The notes under the pieces: model-generated
The model's input: the letters and a program-made list of their open reading frames with translations, nothing else
Database searches by the model: none
What the model was told of the DNA's origin: nothing
Part shown: piece by piece, positions 11,420 to 20,777 of the stretch
Numbering within the stretch: position 1 is the stretch's first letter
How the letters are laid out: the number at the start of each line of letters is the position of its first letter
Position numbers and translations under genes: made by a program
Source: Chthoniobacterales bacterium
Lineage (GTDB): Bacteria > Verrucomicrobiota > Verrucomicrobiia > Chthoniobacterales > UBA10450
DNA length: 64,000 nucleotides
Reading direction: 5' to 3'
NCBI GenBank assembly: GCA_038237805.1
Contig: JBBRYI010000003.1
Span: 183,594-247,593, forward strand

Positions 11420-11569
11420 CGGACAAGTTGAGACAGCCCGGTTAATCTCAAGCTCTGTCACGATAACGAAACGGCGTAGGCGAATCGAAAATCGCCGAGG
11501 TTTCATTTTCGTTTTTTAGCTTTCCGCGTTTCCGCTCTTCACGAAATCTGATTTTCTCGGAGGAGGAAA

Positions 11570-12319
11570 TTGTACTCCATGCATCTATGTTACACTGCTG
11601 CCGTGAGATTCCTTGATCGTATTAAAGGTGCGACCCGGACGGTGCTTGACTCCGTACTGGGTCGTCTTGCCATTAGCATGGGTTACCGCATTCAGCGGAA
11701 TATCCCGCTAGCGATGCAGCGAAAAGCTGTCTCCGAGACAGCAAGCTATGTCGCGACGGAAATGAACAATGTCGTCGCCTTTAACTCCGCTCAGGAGTTG
11801 CTAATCCGGGCCGCCGAGCGCTGCCGTGACCAGGATGGCATGGTTTTGGAGTTCGGGGTTTGGAAAGGAAAATCACTGGGAATCATCGCAAAGATCTTTG
11901 ATCAAACGGTCTACGGATTCGATTCCTTTCAAGGGTTGCCGGAAGATTGGCGTTCGGAAATTCCAGCAGGCGCGTTCGCTCTGAAAACTCCGCCCCGCGT
12001 TTCTTCCAATGCGGAGCTTGTCATTGGATGGTTTAACGAAACTCTCGGACCGTTTCTGGCCCAACATCCTGGACCTATCAAATTTCTACATATCGATTGC
12101 GATCTGTATTCTTCCGCGTGCGAGGTTCTGGAGAATTGTGCCAACCGACTTCGGCCAGGTTCGATCATCGTCTTCGATGAATACTTCAATTATCCAAATT
12201 GGCAGGAAGGAGAATTCAAAGCCTTTCAAGAGACGGTCGCCCTTCATCGGATCCGCTATCGATACATTGCTTACAATTCCGTTCATGAACAAGTCGCGGT
12301 CGAAATAATTTCAGCGTGA
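11570..12319 (+). CDS. TylF/MycF-like class I SAM-dependent methyltransferase
   Basis: Contains LEFGVWKGKSLGIIA, YGFDSFQGLPEDW and LHIDCDLYSSACEVLE...GSIIVFDEY. The start is uncertain: TTG at 11570 or ATG at 11579, with GGAGGAGG just upstream. Confidence 0.7.
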   Translation: MYSMHLCYTAAVRFLDRIKGATRTVLDSVLGRLAISMGYRIQRNIPLAMQRKAVSETASYVATEMNNVVAFNSAQELLIRAAERCRDQDGMVLEFGVWKGKSLGIIAKIFDQTVYGFDSFQGLPEDWRSEIPAGAFALKTPPRVSSNAELVIGWFNETLGPFLAQHPGPIKFLHIDCDLYSSACEVLENCANRLRPGSIIVFDEYFNYPNWQEGEFKAFQETVALHRIRYRYIAYNSVHEQVAVEIISA

Positions 12320-12382
12320 CACCGAAGCCTGCGTCATGAATTCACTCAGCAGGTTCGCGGGCGTAGAAACTATCATGGAGCC

Positions 12383-14218
12383 ATGAACGAAATGCTCGTG
12401 CCTTACTCAGTTACGAAAATCGTCTTCTTAAGTGTCGTAAGTCTTCTTTTTGCACAAGCTGGCCTGGGTCGAGAATACATCGTAAACCAGGGAGCCTCGG
12501 AAGCTTCAGACAACAATTCCGGCACTGCGAACAAACCATTGCGAACGATTTCTGCGGCGGCAGAAAAAGTTCACGCCGGCGATAAAGTGATCATTTTCTC
12601 AGGAGAGTATCGGGAAACTGTAAGTGTCAACGCCTCTGGGACTGTGGACGCGCCCATCGTATTCGAAGCAGCGCCCAATGCTCAACCCGTCATTAAAGGT
12701 TCGGAGTTGGTCAAAGACTGGGTGCTGGAAGCAGGGAACACATGGAAGGCCAGACTACCGCCGATTTCAAACCGTTCAAAGAGTGCGGGCGAATCTTCAT
12801 CCTGGCGAACAAATGACGTGCGCCAGGTCTTTGTAAAAGATGGTGAGCTTTTGGATGCGCTACATCTGCGCCGGGTGGCAGCTAAAGATCAGCTGCGACC
12901 GGGGACTTTTTTTTGCGATGTGGCCAACTCCTTTATCTTTGTCTTGTTATCCGGTTCCTCAAATCCAAATCATCACGAGATGGAAGTATCCGTGCGAGGT
13001 GCATGGATGTACATCAACGGAAGTAACATCATGGTTCGCGGCCTTCGAATGCGACACTCCAGCACACTCGCCATCGCGAACTGGCCCGCTTGCAATCTTC
13101 ACGGTAACAACATCACGATGGAAAATTGTCAGCTGACATGGGGCGATTTCATCGGAGTAAATCTTGGCGGGGCTCACAATACGCTAAGAAGTTGTACGAT
13201 AGCGTGCCATGGCAACTCAGGTATCAACGGAAGTGGAGAGGGTCACACGATCGATAAATGTCGCGTTCTCTACAACAATATCGATCGCTACGATCCGGGT
13301 TGGCATTGCGGAGGTGCAAAACTCATTCCAAATTTCAATCGGGGCCGGATTACGCACAATCAGTTCGTCGGCAATATTGGACCGGGCCTCTGGCTCGACG
13401 GGAGTTGTAACGAAAATGTTATCGACGGTAATCTCTGCTATGAAAACGAGGGTCCCGGTATCATGATAGAAATTTCTAGCGGAAACGGGGTCTTCAACAA
13501 TATTTGTTTCGGGAACAGAAATCCGTTACCTGCTGAGTTTCTTCAACCAGACCCAGAGGCTGTTAAACGGAAGGAATACAATAAGTTTGTAGCGTTCCAA
13601 TATAAAGGTGAAGCTCGGTTCAAGCAGTTACCGTATCATGCAGGAGATGGTCGCGGAATTTACATTTCTTCTTCACCCGAAACAAAGGTCTACCACAACA
13701 CCTGTTACCTGAATGAGGGCGAGGGCATCTGCGTTGAAGGAAAATTGCGTCAGACCGGTACGGGCACCGCCATGGCTACTCGCAACTGCACCGTTTTGAA
13801 CAACATCTCCGTTTACAATAAGGGCACACAATTAGTTTTGCGCCGCAACGGCGTCGATGAGGCAACACATGATAACAGGTCGGATTACAATCTTCTGCTC
13901 GCGCTCGGCGCCGTCTTTGCCAGAGGAGGGTGGGATGCAACGATTGCTTCCTCTTTGCACGATTGGCAGAAGCAAACGAGCCAGGACGACCATTCGATTG
14001 AAGCCGAACCTTTCTTTGCCATGGCGGCGATGGGCGATTTTCGCCTACTCCCGATAAGTCCCGCGGCGAACGCGGGCCTACCTTTGGAGCAAGTCCATCA
14101 CGATTTTTTCGGAGACGTACGGTCGCAAAATAGTGTTAGTATAGGCGCGTGCGAAAGTCCGGCTCTTGATTATCCTCGACCACCGATGATGTATCGGGGA
14201 ACACCTGAGAACCCGTAA
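12383..14218 (+). CDS. Secreted right-handed parallel beta-helix repeat protein (pectate-lyase fold)
   Basis: Has an N-terminal hydrophobic signal, GTANKPLRTISAAAEKVHAGDKVIIFSGEYRE, and repeated Gxxxxxxxxxxxxxxxxxxxxxxxxx-type NxxG/GI coils (GNSGINGSG, NIGPGLWLDG, ENEGPGIMIE). Confidence 0.65.
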   Translation: MNEMLVPYSVTKIVFLSVVSLLFAQAGLGREYIVNQGASEASDNNSGTANKPLRTISAAAEKVHAGDKVIIFSGEYRETVSVNASGTVDAPIVFEAAPNAQPVIKGSELVKDWVLEAGNTWKARLPPISNRSKSAGESSSWRTNDVRQVFVKDGELLDALHLRRVAAKDQLRPGTFFCDVANSFIFVLLSGSSNPNHHEMEVSVRGAWMYINGSNIMVRGLRMRHSSTLAIANWPACNLHGNNITMENCQLTWGDFIGVNLGGAHNTLRSCTIACHGNSGINGSGEGHTIDKCRVLYNNIDRYDPGWHCGGAKLIPNFNRGRITHNQFVGNIGPGLWLDGSCNENVIDGNLCYENEGPGIMIEISSGNGVFNNICFGNRNPLPAEFLQPDPEAVKRKEYNKFVAFQYKGEARFKQLPYHAGDGRGIYISSSPETKVYHNTCYLNEGEGICVEGKLRQTGTGTAMATRNCTVLNNISVYNKGTQLVLRRNGVDEATHDNRSDYNLLLALGAVFARGGWDATIASSLHDWQKQTSQDDHSIEAEPFFAMAAMGDFRLLPISPAANAGLPLEQVHHDFFGDVRSQNSVSIGACESPALDYPRPPMMYRGTPENP

Positions 14219-14239
14219 ACGCTTGCAACCGCTCAATCA

Positions 14240-15787
14240 ATGAACCCGACCGATCTCAGATGGAACATCATGCCGGCAATGGTCACGCTGTTAGGACTAA
14301 TCCTTGCCCTGTTTCTAGGCCTCTTCATCGGTGGTAGCGAACTAAAGGAACTTGGCCTTATCTTCGGATTAGTTGGCGTGATCGCCCTTATCAGTGGCAT
14401 GCGCCAGCACATCTGGCTTCTTTTGCCCATATTCTGGGGGTTTGTCGGGTCGATTTCGATCCTTCCACTTCCATTCTCGGCCAGAGACCTGGTTGTCATG
14501 ATGGTTGCGGTAGTTAGCTTCGCTCTCTTCGCACTGAGGGTTTTCAAGTTCAGAAATAAATGGGATTTTCTTGATTTGATTCTCCTGCTGAATCTTGGCC
14601 AGGTCTGTCTCGCATTCATTCTGCACCCGACAGGCTTAAAAGTGCTTTCTTCTCAAACCGTTGGGGCGAGACCCTATTTTAACGTTGCAATTGCCGCTCT
14701 GGCTTATTTCGTATTGTCGAACCAAACTGTCTCGCAAACGCTTGCACGTCGATTACCGATATTCGCCGTCGCGTCGCAACTCACCTTCTCGATCGTGTAT
14801 CTGCTCAGTCGAGCAAGTTACTCTGTCGGCGCGGTCCTAGGTCAACTTTACGACGGTTTCATGCCCCCTACCTACCAACGCTCTTTGACACCCTCTTTTG
14901 AGCGGTTGACTGGCGTCGCCGGCGGTGGCTTAAGCTTAACCGCCGCACTATGTGCTTACTTTCGCCCGCTGACTTTATTCAACCCGTTCCGGCCTCTTCG
15001 CTTCTTGCTATTCATCATCAGCATCGTCTTAATTTTGATGTCAGGGTTTCGATCGCTATTGCTTAGTGCCGCGGTCCTATTTCTGCTCGCGAGTTACCTC
15101 CACCATGGCTGGTCGGACATCGCGGTTTCGGTCGTCGGCCTGCTTTTTGGAGCGCTTTTCTTAATTTTCTTTAATTCCTTCGTCCACCCACTTCCTTTAT
15201 CGATGCAAAGAACACTGTCAGCACTGCCAGGTCACTGGGATTCCCGCGCCGTTAACGACGCGACCGGCTCCACAGAATGGCGATTGGAAATGTGGAAAGA
15301 CATACCCAAAGGCACGCAATACATTCACAACAGAATCATGGGCGACGGCTTTGGTTTCACTCGAACCGAGCTTCTGGCATTGGAGCGTCAAAAATTCGTC
15401 AGTGGCGAGATGGCTCAGGAAGATTTCATGATTATCGGAGCGTTTCACAACGGGCCTCTCTCTGCGATTCGCTTCGCTGGAATCGTCGGCTTGGTTCTCT
15501 ACTATGTTTTGCTAATCTATTCGGCGAGGTATGCGTGGCGTCTTATTCGCGCATCCAAAGGTACGGGGTTCTTCCCCCTGGCTCTCTTCTTCGGGCTCCC
15601 CATCATCTGGGAGCCGGTGAATTACACACTTGTCTTCGGCGCCTATGATTCTGGGCTACCGGAGGCGCTCTTCAATGTCGGAATGTTGAAGATGATCCAC
15701 AATTCATTTGTGCGCCACTTACCAGCGGACCCACTACCCGAGATCAAGCCTCGACCTAGCGCAGCCACCCGGCTAGCTCCCGTTTGA
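14240..15787 (+). CDS. O-antigen ligase/polymerase-like (Wzy_C-type) multi-pass membrane protein
   Basis: 515 aa with more than 10 hydrophobic segments and a large loop. Its stop overlaps the wzt start (TGATG). Confidence 0.65.
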   Translation: MNPTDLRWNIMPAMVTLLGLILALFLGLFIGGSELKELGLIFGLVGVIALISGMRQHIWLLLPIFWGFVGSISILPLPFSARDLVVMMVAVVSFALFALRVFKFRNKWDFLDLILLLNLGQVCLAFILHPTGLKVLSSQTVGARPYFNVAIAALAYFVLSNQTVSQTLARRLPIFAVASQLTFSIVYLLSRASYSVGAVLGQLYDGFMPPTYQRSLTPSFERLTGVAGGGLSLTAALCAYFRPLTLFNPFRPLRFLLFIISIVLILMSGFRSLLLSAAVLFLLASYLHHGWSDIAVSVVGLLFGALFLIFFNSFVHPLPLSMQRTLSALPGHWDSRAVNDATGSTEWRLEMWKDIPKGTQYIHNRIMGDGFGFTRTELLALERQKFVSGEMAQEDFMIIGAFHNGPLSAIRFAGIVGLVLYYVLLIYSARYAWRLIRASKGTGFFPLALFFGLPIIWEPVNYTLVFGAYDSGLPEALFNVGMLKMIHNSFVRHLPADPLPEIKPRPSAATRLAPV

Positions 15788-17025
15788 TGTCCGAGCTTGC
15801 AATCCGAGTTGACCGGTTAGGTAAGCGATACCGATTGGGACGCGGCCGCCAAAGTCAGTCGCGCTACTTCACGTTGCGGGACACCTTAACCGAAGGTGTG
15901 CAGCAAATGTTCCAGAGAAATGGTGCTACCCAGAAAGAAGCTCAAGAGTTCTGGGCTCTGCGCGATGTTACGTTTGATGTTAAACAAGGCGAAGTAGTAG
16001 GGATCATAGGACGAAATGGTGCCGGCAAATCGACGTTACTTAAGCTTTTGAGCCGGGTCACAGAACCGACCACCGGGATAATTCACATCAAAGGGCGCGT
16101 CGCCAGCTTACTTGAAGTAGGCACCGGCTTTCATCCTGAGCTTACCGGCCGTGAGAACATTTTCTTGAATGGAGCAATCCTGGGCATGCGCCATACCGAG
16201 ATCACTTCCAAGTTCGATGAGATCGTCGCGTTCGCGGAAGTAGAACGATTTCTCGACACACCGGTAAAACATTACTCCAGCGGAATGTATGTGCGTCTTG
16301 CCTTCGCCGTGGCAGCTCATCTCGAACCCGATATCCTGGTTGTAGACGAGGTGCTCGCGGTAGGTGACGCTGAATTTCAACAAAGATGCATTCAGAAGAT
16401 GAAGGAAGTAAGCACCCAAGGACGATCCGTTCTGCTTGTCTCCCACAACATGATGTTGATTGAGCAATTCTGCTCCCGGGCCGTACTTTTGGTTAAGGGA
16501 AAAATTGAAACTGCAGGTAACGTGCGGGAAACGCTTTCCGCCTATCTTCGTCCCAAACGTCTGTCGATCAGTGGAAAAACTGCATCGTTGGAGCTCATTG
16601 AAGCAACTAGCGAAAACAAAAAATCGGAGCCACCGGAGATAATTTGTTTTCCGGGAAAAGCCTGTCACTTCAAGCTCGAATTGCGCGTCCCTCAGGATTG
16701 GTCGCGATGTTACTTGAACCTCGTTGTCGAGGATGACGCCGGGCGTTTTCTACTGCATTCGCGCAGCGATACCGACGACTTTCGTCCGAGTTTGCCTGCT
16801 GGGGATTATATTCTCACGTCGGATCTCTCTTCCCTTAATCTTGCCCCGGGAACCTACGTGCTCTGGTTTCGAGTCTACTGCGCTTCGGGTGATACTGAGC
16901 TTGTCGATTCGGATGAGTATATGTTGAGAGTCGACGGTCTAAGGGTGTTACAGGAAGGACACGTTCACGTTGAAAATCGCTGGGCAATTACGCCGCGGCT
17001 TGGCGCTAGCAGGCTTGGCCTTTAA
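15787..17025 (+). CDS. wzt: Polysaccharide/O-antigen ABC exporter ATP-binding protein with a C-terminal extension of about 160 aa
   Basis: Walker A GRNGAGKST, signature YSSGMYVRLAFA, Walker B ILVVDEVLAVGD. The extra C-terminal domain (residues about 250-413) resembles the glycan-binding Wzt_C domains. Confidence 0.85.
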   Translation: MSELAIRVDRLGKRYRLGRGRQSQSRYFTLRDTLTEGVQQMFQRNGATQKEAQEFWALRDVTFDVKQGEVVGIIGRNGAGKSTLLKLLSRVTEPTTGIIHIKGRVASLLEVGTGFHPELTGRENIFLNGAILGMRHTEITSKFDEIVAFAEVERFLDTPVKHYSSGMYVRLAFAVAAHLEPDILVVDEVLAVGDAEFQQRCIQKMKEVSTQGRSVLLVSHNMMLIEQFCSRAVLLVKGKIETAGNVRETLSAYLRPKRLSISGKTASLELIEATSENKKSEPPEIICFPGKACHFKLELRVPQDWSRCYLNLVVEDDAGRFLLHSRSDTDDFRPSLPAGDYILTSDLSSLNLAPGTYVLWFRVYCASGDTELVDSDEYMLRVDGLRVLQEGHVHVENRWAITPRLGASRLGL

Positions 17026-17881
17026 GGCAGCCTTTTATCGAACGTGCGCAGCTGTGTTGCGTGCGCCGGGCATGGAGTTTGACAGCTTCGGCAGACGCCT
17101 TGGGCTTGAATTACTTTGGCGTGGAGATCGCGATGCAGGCATCGTGTCTCTTCTCACTCCCGTAAAAATTGTACGCTATTTCGAATTCGACTTCGCACGA
17201 CGTGCCCTTGCTTGGGATACGTGCAAACAGGTTCTCGACGTCTCGTCTCCCCGGCTCTTTACTCTATGGCTCGCCAACAAATATCCGAATCTCCTCGTGC
17301 ATCACGTCAACCCTGACAAGGCAGACACAACAGCTACTGAAACGCACTTGGGCACTCGACTTGATCGCGGTAATATCCTAGTTACAAATGAAGATGCCAC
17401 CGCGCTCACGTTTCGCGCCGATAGTTTCGACGCTATTCTTTCGCTGAGCGTCATTGAGCACATTCCGGATGATGGGGATATGGCTGCGTTGAAAGAGATG
17501 TGGCGCGTCTTGCGACCTGGGGGCCGTTTAATACTCACTGTACCGTTTCTGCCCAAATATTGGGATGAATACTTCTCTTTCGACCAATGGGGACTGTGCA
17601 CTCGCACGACAGAAGGTCTTTTCTTCGCCTCGAGATACTATGACGAGGCTACAATTGAATCGCGAATTAACAAATCTCTCGGCGCCCAGCCCGAGAAGAT
17701 GGAAATTTTCGGCGAGCGGCAACGCGATACATTTTTTCACTATCGTGAAGCTGAGTGGAAAAGGGGATTACCTGAGTCTGTTAAGGATCCATTTTACATC
17801 GCTACAAGGTATCGCCGATATAGCATGCTCGATGCTGTTCCAGGTTTAGCTGTAGTCGGCCTTTCGTTTCGGAAAGCTTAA
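16970..17881 (+). CDS. Class I SAM-dependent methyltransferase (Methyltransf_11-like)
   Basis: Contains FDAILSLSVIEHIPDDGDMAALKEMWRVLRPGGRLILTVP. The start is uncertain: TTG at 16970 overlaps wzt by 56 nt, and an ATG at 17072 is the alternative. Confidence 0.7.
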   Translation: MKIAGQLRRGLALAGLAFKAAFYRTCAAVLRAPGMEFDSFGRRLGLELLWRGDRDAGIVSLLTPVKIVRYFEFDFARRALAWDTCKQVLDVSSPRLFTLWLANKYPNLLVHHVNPDKADTTATETHLGTRLDRGNILVTNEDATALTFRADSFDAILSLSVIEHIPDDGDMAALKEMWRVLRPGGRLILTVPFLPKYWDEYFSFDQWGLCTRTTEGLFFASRYYDEATIESRINKSLGAQPEKMEIFGERQRDTFFHYREAEWKRGLPESVKDPFYIATRYRRYSMLDAVPGLAVVGLSFRKA

Positions 17882-17894
17882 AAACTCGACCTCG

Positions 17895-19130
17895 ATGCGA
17901 CTCTTGATTTGGTGCTCAACTTTTAGCTACGGAGGTGGCGAGCGTCTACTGAGCCGGCTGATCGAGGCTTTCCTAAATAACGTAAAGATTACCCAGCTCG
18001 GTCTAGCGTTACCTGAGAACGTCAGACAAAGTTTCGAAGAGGTCGTGAAGAAACATGATCACTTTCAATTATACTCGCTGCCTAACTCAAACCTTCGGCA
18101 GTGGACGACCTTCGCTTCCATGCCGCGACTCCGCAGCACGCTGTACAACCGTTCCCGTGCTCGCAGGCGAGAACAACTTCAACGGGCCATAGACAAATGG
18201 GGCAGCGACTTCGATGTCCTGTATTGTTTCTGGGCACAATCAGAGCCTTTTATTAAGTCACCTATACCGGTCGTGGCCACGATTCAGGATTTGACCGCAA
18301 TAGAGTTTCCGGAAATTCTTGGTGAAGAAGTCACAGCTGAAATTCGCCGCGACACCGCCACTTGGTTACTTCACGCCTCGTGCGTAGTTTCATCCGTTGC
18401 TATGCGGGAAAAGGTCCTAGGGTTGTTTCCTGAAAATAAGCGGGATGTCCGCGTTATCCATCACGCCGCTTCGCCGGTAACTAATAGCCATGATATAAAG
18501 TTGGCTCTGCCCGCGAACCTGCCCGAACGCTATCTCATCTATCCGGCGAACTTGAATAGCCACAAGAATCATTACAGCCTGCTGATTGCTTTTGAACAAT
18601 GGGCGCGACGTTCGGTTATTCCGCTGGTGCTAGTTGGAGAAGGAACAGAACTATTACATTCTAAGGTGGGGCATCAAACAAATTGGCAAATTAGCAGACT
18701 TCGAAGCTTAATTTCGCGAAAACACCTGCGACCCGGGGTCGATTACTTTGCCTTGGGATATGTGGCTGATTCTCAACTCCGCAAACTGATTGAAGGTGCG
18801 TGGGCTTTGGTTATGCCATCGCTTGCAGAGGGGGGCGGTAGTTTTCCAGCTGAAGAAGCACTTTCATTGGGGGTTCCGATCGCTTGCTCGGATATTCCAG
18901 TAATGCGCGAACACCTAGCAATGAGAAGCGCCAAAATAGCCTGGTTCGACGCGGAATGTCCTACATCTATCCTTGCAGCGTTCGACGACCTATGGACGCG
19001 CTACCCGCACTTTAAAGAATCGGCGCTTCGTGGACGAAATGATCGCCGCCCAACGTGGGAGGAAATCGCCGCCGCCTATGTTGAGATTTTTAGTGAAGCT
19101 CCGAAAGAAGCGCCATTGAAACATGATTAA
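17895..19130 (+). CDS. Glycosyltransferase, GT4 (GT-B) family
   Basis: Contains the C-terminal EX7E-type motif LAEGGGSFPAEEALSLGVP. Confidence 0.75.
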   Translation: MRLLIWCSTFSYGGGERLLSRLIEAFLNNVKITQLGLALPENVRQSFEEVVKKHDHFQLYSLPNSNLRQWTTFASMPRLRSTLYNRSRARRREQLQRAIDKWGSDFDVLYCFWAQSEPFIKSPIPVVATIQDLTAIEFPEILGEEVTAEIRRDTATWLLHASCVVSSVAMREKVLGLFPENKRDVRVIHHAASPVTNSHDIKLALPANLPERYLIYPANLNSHKNHYSLLIAFEQWARRSVIPLVLVGEGTELLHSKVGHQTNWQISRLRSLISRKHLRPGVDYFALGYVADSQLRKLIEGAWALVMPSLAEGGGSFPAEEALSLGVPIACSDIPVMREHLAMRSAKIAWFDAECPTSILAAFDDLWTRYPHFKESALRGRNDRRPTWEEIAAAYVEIFSEAPKEAPLKHD

Positions 19131-20217
19131 ATTTCCTGTCTATAGACCTAAACTTGGAGAGCTCGAAAAGCAATACGTTGCAGAATGCCTTGACTCGACT
19201 TGGATTTCCTCAAAAGGCCCATTCATAGAAAGATTCGAGAAAGCCTTTTGCAGCTATACCGGGGCGAAACACGCTAAAACGGTGTCTAACGGGACTGTAG
19301 CTCTGCATGTCGCATTGCTATCTTTGGGAATCGGGCCGGGCGATGAAGTGATAGTTCCGACCCTAACTTACATCGCCTCAGTCAACGCGATCACCTACAC
19401 GGGAGCTACGCCAGTTTTTGTCGATTCTGTACTCGGCACCTGGCAAATTAATCCCTCCGAAGTCGAACGCAAGATTACTCCGAAAACTAAAGCTATAATG
19501 GCTGTCCATCTCTATGGTCAGCCCTGCGATATATTAGCTCTTCAGAAGCTTGCCCAGCGCTACGAGATTCGCCTCGTCGAAGACTGCGCGGAGGCCCTTG
19601 GCTCTCGTGTAAGCGACGTCCATGTCGGTTGTTTCGGCGATATCGCAACCTATAGCTTCTACGGTAACAAAACTGTAACGACTGGCGAAGGAGGAATGGT
19701 TACAACCAGCAATTCTGATCTGGCTAATAGCGTGAGCCATCTTAAGGGACAAGGTTTGGCAAAAGACAGGGAATACTGGCACGATGTAATTGGTTACAAT
19801 TACCGCATGACAAATATTTGTGCGGCGATCGGATGTGCCCAATTAGAATCAGTTGAGACAACGCTGGCTCGCAAGCGGGAGATTGCGGCCCTTTACAAAA
19901 ACCAACTGAAGGGAACTGCATTCGAACTCCACCGAGAGGCACCTGGCACATATCATTCCTACTGGATGATTTCAATTCTGCTTCCCGATGCCGGCTCTCG
20001 GGACGCCCTTCGCGAATATCTGTTGGATAATGGTATTGAAACGCGTCCCGTGTTTTATCCCATCCACACGATGCCGATGTATTCTCGCCCGAATCAGACC
20101 TACGAAGTAGCGGTCGAGATCGCGGCACGCGGTATAAACCTCCCGAGCTTTCCCGATTTAACTAACGATGACATAGTATTCATTTGTGACAAATTGAAGT
20201 CATTCTATAATGAATAA
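19123..20217 (+). CDS. per: GDP-perosamine synthase (DegT/DnrJ/EryC1-type PLP aminotransferase)
   Basis: Long stretches match my recollection of E. coli O157 RfbE/PerA: PVYRP..GELEKQYV.ECLDSTWISSKG, TVSNGTVALH.ALL.LGI..GDEVIVPTLTYIASVNAI.YTGATP.FVDS, FYGNKT.TTGEGGMV and YWHDVIGYNYRMTNICAAIG. gmd is present in the same window. Confidence 0.85.
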   Translation: MIKFPVYRPKLGELEKQYVAECLDSTWISSKGPFIERFEKAFCSYTGAKHAKTVSNGTVALHVALLSLGIGPGDEVIVPTLTYIASVNAITYTGATPVFVDSVLGTWQINPSEVERKITPKTKAIMAVHLYGQPCDILALQKLAQRYEIRLVEDCAEALGSRVSDVHVGCFGDIATYSFYGNKTVTTGEGGMVTTSNSDLANSVSHLKGQGLAKDREYWHDVIGYNYRMTNICAAIGCAQLESVETTLARKREIAALYKNQLKGTAFELHREAPGTYHSYWMISILLPDAGSRDALREYLLDNGIETRPVFYPIHTMPMYSRPNQTYEVAVEIAARGINLPSFPDLTNDDIVFICDKLKSFYNE

Positions 20218-20686
20218 TATCGTCCTTCGGGCGTTACAAATGCAAGACTGTAAAGATGTAAGCACCTTGATAAAATCATCTCCGCCGTTGTACACCCAGT
20301 ATTTTTGTCCTTTCGACTTCGAACAAAATGCTATTGAAAAGGTGCTTTCGAAGGTTGAGCGCGATCAGTTTATTGGAATCGCGCTATCGGACGGTCGATC
20401 CAGTACCCTCGCGGGATTTTATATGTTGCGTGGATTTGATGAAGGATACGAATATCCGATGTACGGCGTGTTTATAGGTCACGCCTATCGGGATCTCGGC
20501 CTTGCCAGCCTGACACTAGCTCATGCCGAAGCTTATTGCCGACTAAACCGCATCGCTCGTTTATTACTTAAAGTTCACCCATCGAATGAACGAGCACGAA
20601 GATTGTATGAAAAGCACGACTTTCACTATCTCCGGACTGATCCCATTAACGGCAACCTGGTCTTGGAAAGGCAGCTATCAGCTTGA
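20210..20686 (+). CDS. GNAT-family N-acetyltransferase (candidate perosamine N-acetyltransferase)
   Basis: 158 aa with a GNAT-like core (GVFIGHAYRDLGLASLTL...A). It overlaps the end of per by 8 nt. The functional assignment comes from context only. Confidence 0.6.
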   Translation: MNNIVLRALQMQDCKDVSTLIKSSPPLYTQYFCPFDFEQNAIEKVLSKVERDQFIGIALSDGRSSTLAGFYMLRGFDEGYEYPMYGVFIGHAYRDLGLASLTLAHAEAYCRLNRIARLLLKVHPSNERARRLYEKHDFHYLRTDPINGNLVLERQLSA

Positions 20687-20777
20687 GCAGCCTTATACTT
20701 GGGCTCTACTTCGCTTATGTCGCTAGCAATATTGGAAGGTCTCTCAAGAATACGCTAGCCCCGTTGAAGACCAAGTG

